A stretch of DNA of 21,170 nt from Candidatus Cloacimonadota bacterium (GTDB lineage Bacteria; Cloacimonadota; Cloacimonadia; Cloacimonadales; WRIO01). Numbering within the stretch: position 1 is the first letter of the stretch; every line of letters begins with the position of its first letter. The position numbers were made by a program, and so were the translations under genes. The notes under the pieces are model-generated. The model searched no databases. It saw only the letters and a program-made list of their open reading frames with translations, and was not told the origin of the DNA. Below are positions 10,301 through 18,758 of the stretch, piece by piece. Location of the stretch: assembly GCA_029564175.1 (NCBI GenBank), contig JAKQQL010000007.1:1-21170 (forward strand), written 5' to 3'.

Positions 10301-10483
10301 GATTGGAGACCAATGGCAGTCAGTATCAGTTTTGGTCTGGCATTTGCAACCATATTGACACTCTTCATAATTCCTTGTATTTACTCTTTTGTTGATTCTT
10401 TCTTTGCTCACTTTGGCATGACAGGATACGATGACCACTCCCCTATCTGTCAATTCAGAAAAGAAAATGAGAAAAAGAAATAA
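7313..10483 (+). CDS. AcrB/AcrD/AcrF family RND efflux transporter permease
   Basis: 1056 aa; YPGVSPAEMEQLV, GMIVDNAIVIIEN, ASTLTTIAAFMP, RLRPIILTTITT, FGLAFATILTLFIIP. Confidence 0.96.
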   Translation: MSIAQHSVDNKVLVNMLMIVVFILGIMTIIEIPKEESPAVDFGAAIIMVYYPGVSPAEMEQLVVKKIEDQIQNVKNIDYMTSSSQEGRATVYVTFEPNADPDECWTDINEEMNKVTDLPEDALDPVLVRLNMREVNAICDVALSGDFSGNTIRDITENLQDEILNIKNISKVEINGTRERQIWIESDISKLNQYGISLDEISSAIKTRNMNVPGGTVKFGRAEFIIRTMGEFKNVDEIVNLNVRMDSNGRSIKLSEVATIKDTLQEQTVISKLNGRQSTSLSIFKKEEGNIIDVMKEVREKVAEYEKTVPGLKAQVRNDGSIDVNNSINTLGSNAMSGVILVFIVLWIFIGWRNAILAAWGIPFSFMLTFVFLRFTNITMNNMSLFALVLVTGMIVDNAIVIIENVYRYVEMGKSLQEAVITGTNEVMWPIFASTLTTIAAFMPILLTEGIMGKFIAVFPIVVTTALLASLVESIVILPAHIVQFTKELSGETKRSEHFYANIEKKYRKALRFVLCHRAQAIGIIFVMLIFSLAVLAFGWVRFEFFPARPAKTLVLKLQTPVGTNLDKTNEMVSKVENYILTMPEKEDVEAIVTDVGQMRLNNQREQATSNAELRIDLKEIEDMKYGHEKIKKSIREYLDKLPELYSYRFSEGRQGPPTGQDVEIRIKGDNLERLEYIGEIIKTELSRLPGVSDIEDSFKPGKKEIRIIPKEDKLSLYGLSIAQVASLVRTASYGSTVSIYRGMGLDENDIILRVREEQINDMEDLKYLRIRTKSGSLVQLSEVADFDLTTGLALIEHRDRKRIITITGNNSFYEENGKRKKRTSGEVVTYLVGNKFGSEKGVLSNFEQRFPGYQIEFGGVVEQQNQSYRSLFRALIVALLLIFTILAAQFKSYVQPLVVMITIPFGFIGVILGLLITRLPFSMNTVISFVALSGVVVNAALILVDFINKEREKGVDRWHSLINAGATRLRPIILTTITTISGLLPMVFSTSSASQDWRPMAVSISFGLAFATILTLFIIPCIYSFVDSFFAHFGMTGYDDHSPICQFRKENEKKK

Positions 10484-10530
10484 ATCAAACGATTCAGTAT
10501 TCATAAAATCTAAATGATTTTGTATCACTT

Positions 10531-10560
10531 AAAAAAAAAGCTCCCTTTCGGGAGCTTTTT
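10531..10560. terminator. Bidirectional Rho-independent terminator
   Basis: A9-gctccc-tttc-gggagc-T5 between the convergent RND and MCP operons. Confidence 0.93.
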
Positions 10561-10576
10561 CTATTATGAATTTAGG

Positions 10577-12568
10577 CTATTTGAAATCATCAAAATCATC
10601 ATCAGATATACCATCAAGCGGTAAAATCTGTTCTGGATTTACTTCGTATGCATTTGATGATTTTTTAGCAGGGATTTGCTTCTGTCCTCTTCTATCCGTA
10701 ACTTGACTTGGTTTTCTTCTGGTAGAATTTTGATTAACAACTGTTTTTCTGCTTAATTTGAACTGAGCTACCATATTCTGAAGTTCTGCAGCCTGACTGT
10801 TCAATTCTTCTGCAGCTGAGGCAGATTCTTCTGCATTGGCTGCATTTTGTTGAGTGACTTTATTCATTTCCTGAACAGCAGTATTCACCTGATGAACGCC
10901 CTGTGATTGTTCATCTGAAGAGGCAGCAATTTCATTCACAATATTTTTGACTTTTCCAAAATTATCTTTAATTTCGACAAAAGATTTGCTTACCTGTTCA
11001 ACAATTCGTGCACCTAATTCCGCATTCTTTGTGGATTCTTCAATCAGATTATTGGTATTTTTAGCTGCTTCAGCACTTCTTAGAGCCAGATTCTTCACTT
11101 CTTCAGCAACAACAGCAAAGCCTTTACCTGCTTCACCCGCATGAGCTGCTTCAACTGCTGCATTCAAAGCAAGTAAATTAGTCTGAAAGGCGATTTCATC
11201 AATCGTTTTGATAATTTTACCAGTTTCTTGTGAAGACTTAAGAATTGAAGACATTGCATCGCTCATTTTATTCATGGCAACATTTCCTTCATCAACAGAA
11301 GCTACGGCTTTATCTGCCAGATTCAGGCCTAGCTTAGAATTATCTGTATTGTTACCCGTTAATGAATTTATTTCTTCCATAGAACTTGATATCTCTTCAA
11401 GAGAACTAGCCTGTTCACCCGTTGCTTCTGCTAAAACCTGAGAACCTGAACTAATTTGTGATGAAGCAGAAGAGATTTGTTCAACTGCCATATCAACCTG
11501 AATCAGAGAATCTTCCAGGTTAGCTGCAGCAAGATTGATATTGGTTTTAAATAAGTCCAGATCACCTTTGTACTGCCCTTTCACACGAGCAGTCATATCT
11601 TTGTTTGCCAGTCTGTCCATGACCTCCATCGCTTCATTGACTGGATTGATCACTGCATCAAGTGTTTCATTAACACCTTCTACTATATCTCTGTAAGTGC
11701 CTTTGTGTTTGTCGGCTTTGGCTCTGGTTTTTAATCTGCCATTCTTTGCAGCATCAACCAGCATACTGGCATCATCTGCCATAGAACGTATGTTTTTACT
11801 CATATTTTCCATTGCATGCATCAAATGAGCCGTTTCGTCATTATAATCAATCGTAAATGAGACATTGATATCTCCATCAGCAATTTTATTGGCGGCATCC
11901 ACACACTGATTCACGGGTTTCACGATAGATTTGGTAATCCATATTGCAAGTATCAAAGATAAAACAATAGCAATGACGAGCGAAATGATAATAATGATGG
12001 TTGTTTGGAATACTAAGCGTTCAGTATCTTCGCCTGTCTTCTCCATTTGTTTTGTTTCAAAATCAATAAATTTACTGATTTGATCAAAATAATCATTCTG
12101 TACTTTTCTCAAGTCTCCTTTTAAGTATTCTCCCGCTGTAACTTTGTCATTCTGGTTTATATATTTTGTAAAATTATCCAAAACAACGATGTAATCTTCC
12201 CGTTTTTGAAGATACTCTTTGTATAGAGCTGTTTCTTCACTATTTTTCTCATCAACTAAAGGATTTATATTCTCAGCCATCTCTTTAATAACTGCTCTGG
12301 ATTCTTCGATACGTTTCATGTCTCTTTGGTTTTCATCAGCTTCATTGTAGAGTATTAAGTTTCTCATAGAACGTGCATAAGTATTGATTGCATCGACGAT
12401 TGCATTGGAATATTTAACTTTCGCAAAATTTTGATTGATTAATTTATCAGTTTCTTTACCAATTCCAGTCAAGCGAATGATTGACAGTAATGCGATTAAA
12501 AGCATGATGATAATAATAGCAGAAAATCCATATGCTAATCTCTTAGAAATCGTACTATTTTTAAACAT
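10577..12568 (-). CDS. Methyl-accepting chemotaxis protein (four-helix-bundle sensor, poly-HAMP, C-terminal pentapeptide-like tail)
   Basis: Two TM helices around a helical periplasmic domain; HAMP plus extra HAMP-like repeats; [36 protein letters not shown]; ends in DDDFDDFK. Confidence 0.96.
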   Translation of the reverse strand: MFKNSTISKRLAYGFSAIIIIMLLIALLSIIRLTGIGKETDKLINQNFAKVKYSNAIVDAINTYARSMRNLILYNEADENQRDMKRIEESRAVIKEMAENINPLVDEKNSEETALYKEYLQKREDYIVVLDNFTKYINQNDKVTAGEYLKGDLRKVQNDYFDQISKFIDFETKQMEKTGEDTERLVFQTTIIIIISLVIAIVLSLILAIWITKSIVKPVNQCVDAANKIADGDINVSFTIDYNDETAHLMHAMENMSKNIRSMADDASMLVDAAKNGRLKTRAKADKHKGTYRDIVEGVNETLDAVINPVNEAMEVMDRLANKDMTARVKGQYKGDLDLFKTNINLAAANLEDSLIQVDMAVEQISSASSQISSGSQVLAEATGEQASSLEEISSSMEEINSLTGNNTDNSKLGLNLADKAVASVDEGNVAMNKMSDAMSSILKSSQETGKIIKTIDEIAFQTNLLALNAAVEAAHAGEAGKGFAVVAEEVKNLALRSAEAAKNTNNLIEESTKNAELGARIVEQVSKSFVEIKDNFGKVKNIVNEIAASSDEQSQGVHQVNTAVQEMNKVTQQNAANAEESASAAEELNSQAAELQNMVAQFKLSRKTVVNQNSTRRKPSQVTDRRGQKQIPAKKSSNAYEVNPEQILPLDGISDDDFDDFK

Positions 12569-12577
12569 AATCTCTCC

Positions 12578-13078
12578 TTATTCCTTATTTGTTTCTAAAA
12601 TGGTTAACTCTTCTTCAGTCAGAACTTTGTTAATATTCAAAAGTGTTATAACTTTCCCTTTTACTTTCGCCATACCAGAGATATAATCCGTATCGAGACG
12701 CACACCAAACTTAGGCGTATTTTCAATATCTTGCTGACTAATATCCATTACTTCAAGCACTTTATCAACAATGGTACCGATAAACAGTTCCGAGCCTTCT
12801 GTAGCAAGCTTTATGATAACAATGCTGGTACGGTCATTATATTCATTAGATGGTAACCTGAACTTTTTCCTCAGGTCAATGACAGGGATGATTTTACCTC
12901 TCAGATTAATCACCCCTTTAACAAAATCTGGTGTTTTTGGAATAGGTGTTATCTCTGGGATGGCAATAATCTGAAGTATCCTATCCACATTAATGCCATA
13001 CAACTCATCCATTAAGTTAAAAGTTAAATACTTTCCGCTTAAGTTCTGAGCTTCATTCATTATTTCCGGTTCTGTCAT
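12578..13078 (-). CDS. cheW: Chemotaxis coupling protein CheW
   Basis: KYLTFNL..ELYGI, ITPIPKTPDFVKGVINLRGKIIPVIDLR, GTIVDKV, LLNINKVL. Confidence 0.96.
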   Translation of the reverse strand: MTEPEIMNEAQNLSGKYLTFNLMDELYGINVDRILQIIAIPEITPIPKTPDFVKGVINLRGKIIPVIDLRKKFRLPSNEYNDRTSIVIIKLATEGSELFIGTIVDKVLEVMDISQQDIENTPKFGVRLDTDYISGMAKVKGKVITLLNINKVLTEEELTILETNKE

Positions 13079-13132
13079 GAAACCTCCCTTTGTAATTTTC
13101 TTACATTTGTTTATAAAATAGACTATCTTTTT

Positions 13133-15091
13133 TTAAAAGTCAAGCATTTTTTTTGATTGGTGACTAATTTGTCTTTGATCGTTCCTCATCACTTGAGTAT
13201 TTCTAAATTTTCTGTTTGTTAATGCCTGTCTAAGTGATTGATTTTCTGAGACACTCCTTACTCTTTTTAAAGAGAACTGAGCAACCATATTTTGTAATTC
13301 ATTCGCCTGACTGTTAAGTTCTTCAGCTGCTGATGCGGATTCTTCAGCATTAGCTGCATTCTGTTGAGTGACTTTGTTAAGTTCTTGAACAGCTGAATTC
13401 ACCTGATGAACCCCTTGAGTTTGTTCATCAGAAGAAGAGGCGATTTCATTCACGATATGCTTGACTTTATCAAAATTCTGCCTGATTTCTTCAAAAGAAG
13501 CACTTACCTGAGTCACAATTTCAGAACCTAACTGGGCATTTTTAGTAGATTCTTCTATCAAAGAACTGGTATTTTTAGCTGCTTCAGCACTTCTCAGTGC
13601 CAAATTTTTGACTTCTTCAGCTACGACAGCAAAGCCTTTCCCTGCTTCACCCGCATGGGCAGCTTCAACAGCCGCATTAAGCGCCAACAGATTAGTTTGA
13701 AATGCGATTTCATCAATTGTTTTAATAATTTTACCTGTTTGTTGAGATGACTTTAATATGATTGACATCGCTTCTGTCATTTTATTTAGCGTCAAACTAC
13801 CTTCAAGAACAGATTTTACAGCAATTTCAGATAGGCTTAATCCTTGTCTTGAGTGTTTTGAGTTATTACTGCTAATTGAGTTGATTAATTCCATTGAGCT
13901 TGAGATTTCTTCTAAAGAGCTGGCCTGTTCACCACTCGCTTCTGCTAAGACCTGAGCCCCTGAACTGATCTGAGTAGAAGCTGATGATATTTGCTCAATA
14001 GCCATGTCAACCTGTATCAGTGAATCTTCCAGATTATCAGCTGTTGTATTAATACTGCTTTTAAAGTGCTCAAAATCACCCATATAGGCACCATTTACTC
14101 TTGCTGTCATATCTTTATCTGCCAGAGAATCCATTACTTTCATCGCTTCATTGATAGGTTGAATGACCGCATCCAGAGTTCCGTTAAAGCCCTCTACTAT
14201 TTCACGGTAAGCACCATTATGTTTTTCAGAATCAACTCTTGTTTTTAACTCACCATTTCGGGCAGCCTGAGCTAAAACATTCGCATCTTCTGACATCATG
14301 ATGATACTCTTTCTCATTCGTTGAACGGCATTTGCCAAATCACCACATTCATCTCTGCATTTCAGATACTTTTCAGGGATCTCATGAGAAAAGTCACCAT
14401 TTGATACAGGTAGTATCACTGAAACCATATCGTTTATTGGCTTTACAATCACTTTTTGAAAAATGAACATCACAGCTGCTACCATCAATATTAAAATCAA
14501 GATTAAGCTTATAATGGTGTATAATACCTTATTTTTGATGATATCAATATCATCAATATAGACACCACTGCCAACTATCATATTCCATTCTTTAAAACCC
14601 TTTACATAACTAATTTTTGGAGACGGTTTTGTCTCTCCGGGTTTTTTCCATTCATAATAAAGGAAACCTTCGTTTTTCTCTTTGGCAATTTTTACCATCT
14701 CAACAAAGATTCGAACTCCATTTGGGTCTTTGTAGTCACTCATATCTTTACCAATCAGTTCTGTTGAAAATGGATGCATCAAAACAACCTGATTGTAATC
14801 ATTTATCCAGTAATAAGCATTTTTTTCATACCGTAATTCTCTGATGGCATCAATTGCTCTTTTCTGAGCAGTTTGTTCATCTAGCTCACCTTTTTTAAAC
14901 TGGTTATAATGATACTCCAATAAAGTATAAGCAACTTCAACTATATTTTGAGTTCTGGATTCTACCAAATTTTGCAAAGCATTATTCACAATTGGCAAGA
15001 GTATTCCAGATAAAACAAGCATCACAAAAACAATCAAAACTGATAGTAATATTACTACCTTTCTTTTAATCCTCAAATCAGAAAATTGCAT
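13133..15091 (-). CDS. Methyl-accepting chemotaxis protein with a single Cache (sCache_2-like) sensor
   Basis: [52 protein letters not shown] is a Cache_2 signature; MCP signalling domain present. Start moved from 15142 to ATG 15091 (MQFSDL), which follows RBS AAGGGAG. Confidence 0.94.
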   Translation of the reverse strand: MQFSDLRIKRKVVILLSVLIVFVMLVLSGILLPIVNNALQNLVESRTQNIVEVAYTLLEYHYNQFKKGELDEQTAQKRAIDAIRELRYEKNAYYWINDYNQVVLMHPFSTELIGKDMSDYKDPNGVRIFVEMVKIAKEKNEGFLYYEWKKPGETKPSPKISYVKGFKEWNMIVGSGVYIDDIDIIKNKVLYTIISLILILILMVAAVMFIFQKVIVKPINDMVSVILPVSNGDFSHEIPEKYLKCRDECGDLANAVQRMRKSIIMMSEDANVLAQAARNGELKTRVDSEKHNGAYREIVEGFNGTLDAVIQPINEAMKVMDSLADKDMTARVNGAYMGDFEHFKSSINTTADNLEDSLIQVDMAIEQISSASTQISSGAQVLAEASGEQASSLEEISSSMELINSISSNNSKHSRQGLSLSEIAVKSVLEGSLTLNKMTEAMSIILKSSQQTGKIIKTIDEIAFQTNLLALNAAVEAAHAGEAGKGFAVVAEEVKNLALRSAEAAKNTSSLIEESTKNAQLGSEIVTQVSASFEEIRQNFDKVKHIVNEIASSSDEQTQGVHQVNSAVQELNKVTQQNAANAEESASAAEELNSQANELQNMVAQFSLKRVRSVSENQSLRQALTNRKFRNTQVMRNDQRQISHQSKKMLDF

Positions 15092-15214
15092 TTTTTCTCC
15101 CTTATTAAGTCTTCTGGTTTTTCCCCCAAATAATGAGATCATGAAACATACTTTCAGTTAAAACACATTCTCTGTAATCTACATTTTAAAATACGATTTA
15201 ATTCTAATCTATTT

Positions 15215-15355
15215 TTAAAAACGTACATCAGGAATTGTAATAATCTGCATATAACTATCCACACTTTTTTCATAGTGCTCTTCCATCAGGTTAAATGTGA
15301 GATTCTTCGCACTCAGTTGTACCATTTCAGATTGTTGAAGATTGTTTGACATCAT
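15215..15355 (-). pseudogene. cheW: Truncated cheW paralogue (46 aa)
   Basis: MMSNNLQQSEMVQLSAKNLTFNLMEEHYEKSVDSYMQIITIPDVRF* aligns with LSGKYLTFNLMDELYGINVDRILQIIAIPEI of the intact CheW. Preceded by GGAGG. Below the ORF-track size cut-off. Confidence 0.85.
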
Positions 15356-15372
15356 TCCTCCGGTAAATGATA

Positions 15373-17283
15373 TTAAAACTGTTCCAATTGTCGTTTGGAG
15401 TTTCGGATGGGTTTTAAGCGCTGATCTGGTAAATATCTGTTTTCTCTTTGATGAAATGAATATACTTCCTGGCTGATTTTAAATTGAGTTACCATACCTT
15501 GTAGTTCATTTGCCTGACTGCTTAATTCTTCAGAAGCGGAGGCAGATTCTTCAGCATTCGCCGCATTTTGTTGAGTTACTTTGTTCATTTCCATAACTGC
15601 TGAGTTAACCTGCTGTACTCCATGGGATTGTTCTTCAGAAGAGGTGGTTATGTGATTTACAATTTCTTTTACTTTTTTAAAATTTTCTTTAATCAGGTTA
15701 AAAGACTGACTTACCTGTTGTACAATTTGAGCACCTAACTCTGCTTTTTTGGTAGATTCTTCAATCAGGGCATCTGTATTTTTTGCAGCTTCAGCGCTTC
15801 GTAATGCCAGATTTTTAACTTCTTCAGCCACTACAGCGAAACCCTTACCAGCTTCTCCGGCATGGGCAGCTTCAACAGCCGCATTAAGCGCCAGCAGATT
15901 AGTCTGAAATGCAATTTCATCAATTGTCTTTATAATCTTACTGGTTTCCTGAGATGATTTAAGAATAGAAGCCATTGCATCACTCATCCTCTCCATTGCA
16001 TTGTCGCCTTCATTCACAGATTGAACGGCTAAATCAGATAATTGTAATCCTTTTCTCGAATTTTGAGTATTGTCACTGGTCAACCCATTGATTTCTTCCA
16101 TCGAACTTGATATCTCTTCTAAAGAGCTTGCCTGCTCACCAGTTGCTTCTGCAAGTAACTGAGAACCTTTACCGATCTGCATAGAAGCAGAAGAAATTTG
16201 TTGTACAGCGCTACTAACCTGCGTGATTGCTTCGTCAAGATTAGCAGCAGCCATATTAATATTTTCTTTAAATTCTTCTAACTCACCTTTATAATCACCT
16301 TTAACTCGTACTGTTAAATCTTTATTTGCCAGTGAACTCATTACACTCATCGCTTCATGTATCGGTTCAATCACATTATCAAGTAATTGATTCATACCTT
16401 CAATGATTTTTCGGTAATCACCTTTATGAACCAAAGGATTTGCCCGTTTTGTTAATTCACCTTTAAGTGCTGAAGCGGTTAAGGATTGAACATCCTGATA
16501 CATCGCATCAATACTGTTACACATATTATTCATTGCAGCCATCAACTGAGCTGTTTCATCCTCATACAATACATCTAAATGAATATCGGTATTTCCTTCT
16601 GCTATCATATTAGCAGCTTTCAGGCATTGATTGACTGGTTTTACTATACTGGCAGAAATTCTTACAGCAAATATAAATGATAAAATGATGGCTATCAATA
16701 AGGAAATGCTCAAGATGATAATTGTTTGAGTGATTTTGGCAGAAATATTCATTCCACTCTGGCTTGTCAGTGTATTATGATACTCAATCAATTCACCCAA
16801 ATATTTAAAATAATTATCCTGATGAAAATCTAACTTCCCATTCATCAGACTGGCTGCTTCATCTTTCTTATTCTCTTTTATCAGATTGATGTAGATATCC
16901 AGGTTTTTAACATATTCTGTTCTGTCACCGATCATCTTATCCAGTAATTTCTTACCTTCTTCATCAGTAACATGCTCTGGGAGGTATTTAATTGAAGATG
17001 CAGCTTTTTTTCTGGCTTCTGCAATCATATCCATATCTTGCTGATTCTTTGCAGGTTCATTAAAAATATGTAAGTTTCTGACTCCTCTGGCAACAACATT
17101 AAGATTTTCAATAATATTGTTAGCTTCTAACACTTTTCTGAATAAATCATTGATTAGCGTATCATTCTGTTTTTTTAAGTTTATCAGATTCATAAAACTG
17201 ATTATGGTTATAAAGACCATAATTGCAATTACACTGACAAATCCCATTCCCAGTCTTCCTGAGATTTTTGTTTTGTTTAACAT
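15373..17283 (-). CDS. Methyl-accepting chemotaxis protein (four-helix-bundle sensor, poly-HAMP)
   Basis: Two TM helices, a helical sensor similar to that of the 10577-12568 MCP, HAMP repeats, and a signalling domain containing [21 protein letters not shown]. Confidence 0.96.
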   Translation of the reverse strand: MLNKTKISGRLGMGFVSVIAIMVFITIISFMNLINLKKQNDTLINDLFRKVLEANNIIENLNVVARGVRNLHIFNEPAKNQQDMDMIAEARKKAASSIKYLPEHVTDEEGKKLLDKMIGDRTEYVKNLDIYINLIKENKKDEAASLMNGKLDFHQDNYFKYLGELIEYHNTLTSQSGMNISAKITQTIIILSISLLIAIILSFIFAVRISASIVKPVNQCLKAANMIAEGNTDIHLDVLYEDETAQLMAAMNNMCNSIDAMYQDVQSLTASALKGELTKRANPLVHKGDYRKIIEGMNQLLDNVIEPIHEAMSVMSSLANKDLTVRVKGDYKGELEEFKENINMAAANLDEAITQVSSAVQQISSASMQIGKGSQLLAEATGEQASSLEEISSSMEEINGLTSDNTQNSRKGLQLSDLAVQSVNEGDNAMERMSDAMASILKSSQETSKIIKTIDEIAFQTNLLALNAAVEAAHAGEAGKGFAVVAEEVKNLALRSAEAAKNTDALIEESTKKAELGAQIVQQVSQSFNLIKENFKKVKEIVNHITTSSEEQSHGVQQVNSAVMEMNKVTQQNAANAEESASASEELSSQANELQGMVTQFKISQEVYSFHQRENRYLPDQRLKPIRNSKRQLEQF

Positions 17284-17303
17284 CCTGTCTCTCCGTATAT
17301 TTT

Positions 17304-17792
17304 TTAATATTCTTCTTCATTTAGATTAAATTCAGCTGACTCAACCCAGAACTTGGGATGTTCTATCATCTGTATCAAAAAGGATAATGTTTTAATGTGC
17401 TCATATTCTTCATCAATAATCTTTTTTAAAGATACTTTATCGCTTACATTGATCTGGTTATAATACTGTATGTAAAAAGATAAGTGTTTCTTTTCTATTT
17501 CCAAAGCTTCTTTGTATAGATCAATCTGATCTGTAAAACAGGTAAATTCCATTGATCTTTTTTTCATGTCGTTGATTTCATTCTGAACATTCAGCATTAG
17601 ATTGGAATCTATCATTTCAATACGTTCATCTTCTTTGAGTTTTTTAAAAAGAGTATAATGTTTCATTTCATCTTCTGCCAGCATGTTAAGAATGTTATTT
17701 ACACCCTGATCCTGGCTGCATTTGTTTGAGAGGTTATGATAATATTGTTCAGACACTTTTTTCAGTTCCATGGCTTTTGAATAGAAACTCAT
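17304..17792 (-). CDS. Ferritin-like / rubrerythrin-domain protein
   Basis: Duplicated helix pairs with ExxH motifs ([16 protein letters not shown]) and ALEIEKK; C-terminal WVESAEF; RBS GGAGGTG. Confidence 0.85.
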   Translation of the reverse strand: MSFYSKAMELKKVSEQYYHNLSNKCSQDQGVNNILNMLAEDEMKHYTLFKKLKEDERIEMIDSNLMLNVQNEINDMKKRSMEFTCFTDQIDLYKEALEIEKKHLSFYIQYYNQINVSDKVSLKKIIDEEYEHIKTLSFLIQMIEHPKFWVESAEFNLNEEEY

Positions 17793-17959
17793 TTTTCACC
17801 TCCGGTATTTTTTTTCACATCTATTTGTTCTTACACTGATTGTTTTACAGACTTTAGCCATTTTTGTCAGCCATTATCATGATCTGAATATCAGCTGTTC
17901 TACAAACACGAAGTTTGTTTTGACCTTTTTAAAACCATCTTATGTAATCTGATAAATTC

Positions 17960-17987
17960 ATTATATACAAAAAAAAGAAAAAAGCAA
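17960..17987 (-). promoter_or_regulatory. Sigma70-type promoter for the ferritin-MCP cluster
   Basis: TTGCTT (17987-17982), 16 nt, TATAAT (17965-17960). Implies a leader of about 160 nt. Confidence 0.55.
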
Positions 17988-18095
17988 GAAAATTTTTTAA
18001 GAATTATAAAAAAATACAACCCAGTGTTGCAATCACAAACTTAACATTCTGTTATAAAATCATTTAAACCGATAATGAATTGATTATTTACCTAT

Positions 18096-18671
18096 TTATG
18101 GAGCTCTGGTAAAATAAACTGGATATTTTTCATGATTTATTTCAAAATGTTCTGAAAAAGAAAACATCAATCTGCAATTGGACAACAGGGCAGGCATAAT
18201 CTGGTTGAAATTATATCCTGTTTTATAATTCAACTGATAAGCGCCTGGCACGGATTTAAGCAGTCTCATTTGGATAAGATCATACAGGCTTCTGCCTTGT
18301 AACATGCTTTCTATGATATTCACCAGATGCTCTGTATCCCTGTTAGAAAGCTGAAACCGCCTGATCAAAGCATGAACCAGCATCAGCATGACGCTGTATG
18401 AAGAGATGCCTCTTTTTCGTAAACCAGGATATGTCTTTTTGTAAGCAGACGCATATTGAGAAAGGTCTTTCTTAAAAGCAGGCAGTATATTCTCCCATAA
18501 AGCTTTACAAACCGCATTAATCCGGCTGATCTGAAGGTTTTGCGTTTGAAGCTGATGAGTTTGACGATAATTTCTCATCACACAAACCCTGCCCTCCTGA
18601 TACCAGGCAAGTCTGATATCACCGGTCTGTTTTGGAAAATCATGGTGATGATGTTGGAAATATACCTTCAT
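18096..18671 (-). CDS. Hypothetical basic protein (191 aa)
   Basis: Long ORF with RBS GAGGAG and a promoter. From memory (not searched) it resembles a multicopy Cloacimonadota family with MKV.F, C..R.Y, LW....FK.DL..YA and R....Y...M. Confidence 0.75.
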   Translation of the reverse strand: MKVYFQHHHHDFPKQTGDIRLAWYQEGRVCVMRNYRQTHQLQTQNLQISRINAVCKALWENILPAFKKDLSQYASAYKKTYPGLRKRGISSYSVMLMLVHALIRRFQLSNRDTEHLVNIIESMLQGRSLYDLIQMRLLKSVPGAYQLNYKTGYNFNQIMPALLSNCRLMFSFSEHFEINHEKYPVYFTRAP

Positions 18672-18693
18672 ATCTTCTCCTCTTCTGATCTAT

Positions 18694-18721
18694 AGTATAA
18701 TGTTCTTTTTTAATAAAGCAA
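18694..18721 (-). promoter_or_regulatory. Sigma70-type promoter for the 191-aa gene
   Basis: TTGCTT (18721-18716), 16 nt, TATACT (18699-18694). Confidence 0.55.
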
Positions 18722-18758
18722 ACCTTTTTCATTCTTTTCTCTTATCTATCCTGTAGAA
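18722..18758. repeat. Degenerate direct repeat, copy 2 (partner at 3181-3217)
   Basis: 32/37 ungapped identity to 3181-3217; abuts the -35 box of the 191-aa gene. Confidence 0.75.

Noticed and set aside
7025..10528. Short ORFs overlapping the RND genes (7025-7330, 7546-7887, 7888-8181, 8254-8511, 9532-9735, 9991-10254, 10186-10395, 10286-10528)
   Set aside because: Shadow ORFs within well-supported MFP and AcrB coding sequence.
15092..15142. ORF-track start at 15142 for the Cache MCP
   Set aside because: No RBS there. ATG 15091 has AAGGGAG and gives an N-terminus matching the other MCPs.
10947..17329. Plus-strand ORFs inside the MCP/cheW genes, some similar to each other
   Set aside because: Antisense shadows; their mutual similarity only mirrors MCP paralogy.
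17793..17955. c-di-GMP-I (GEMM) riboswitch upstream of the chemoreceptor operon
   Set aside because: The conserved GGCAAA...GAAA...GACGCAAA core could not be found by eye; kept only as an unexplained leader.
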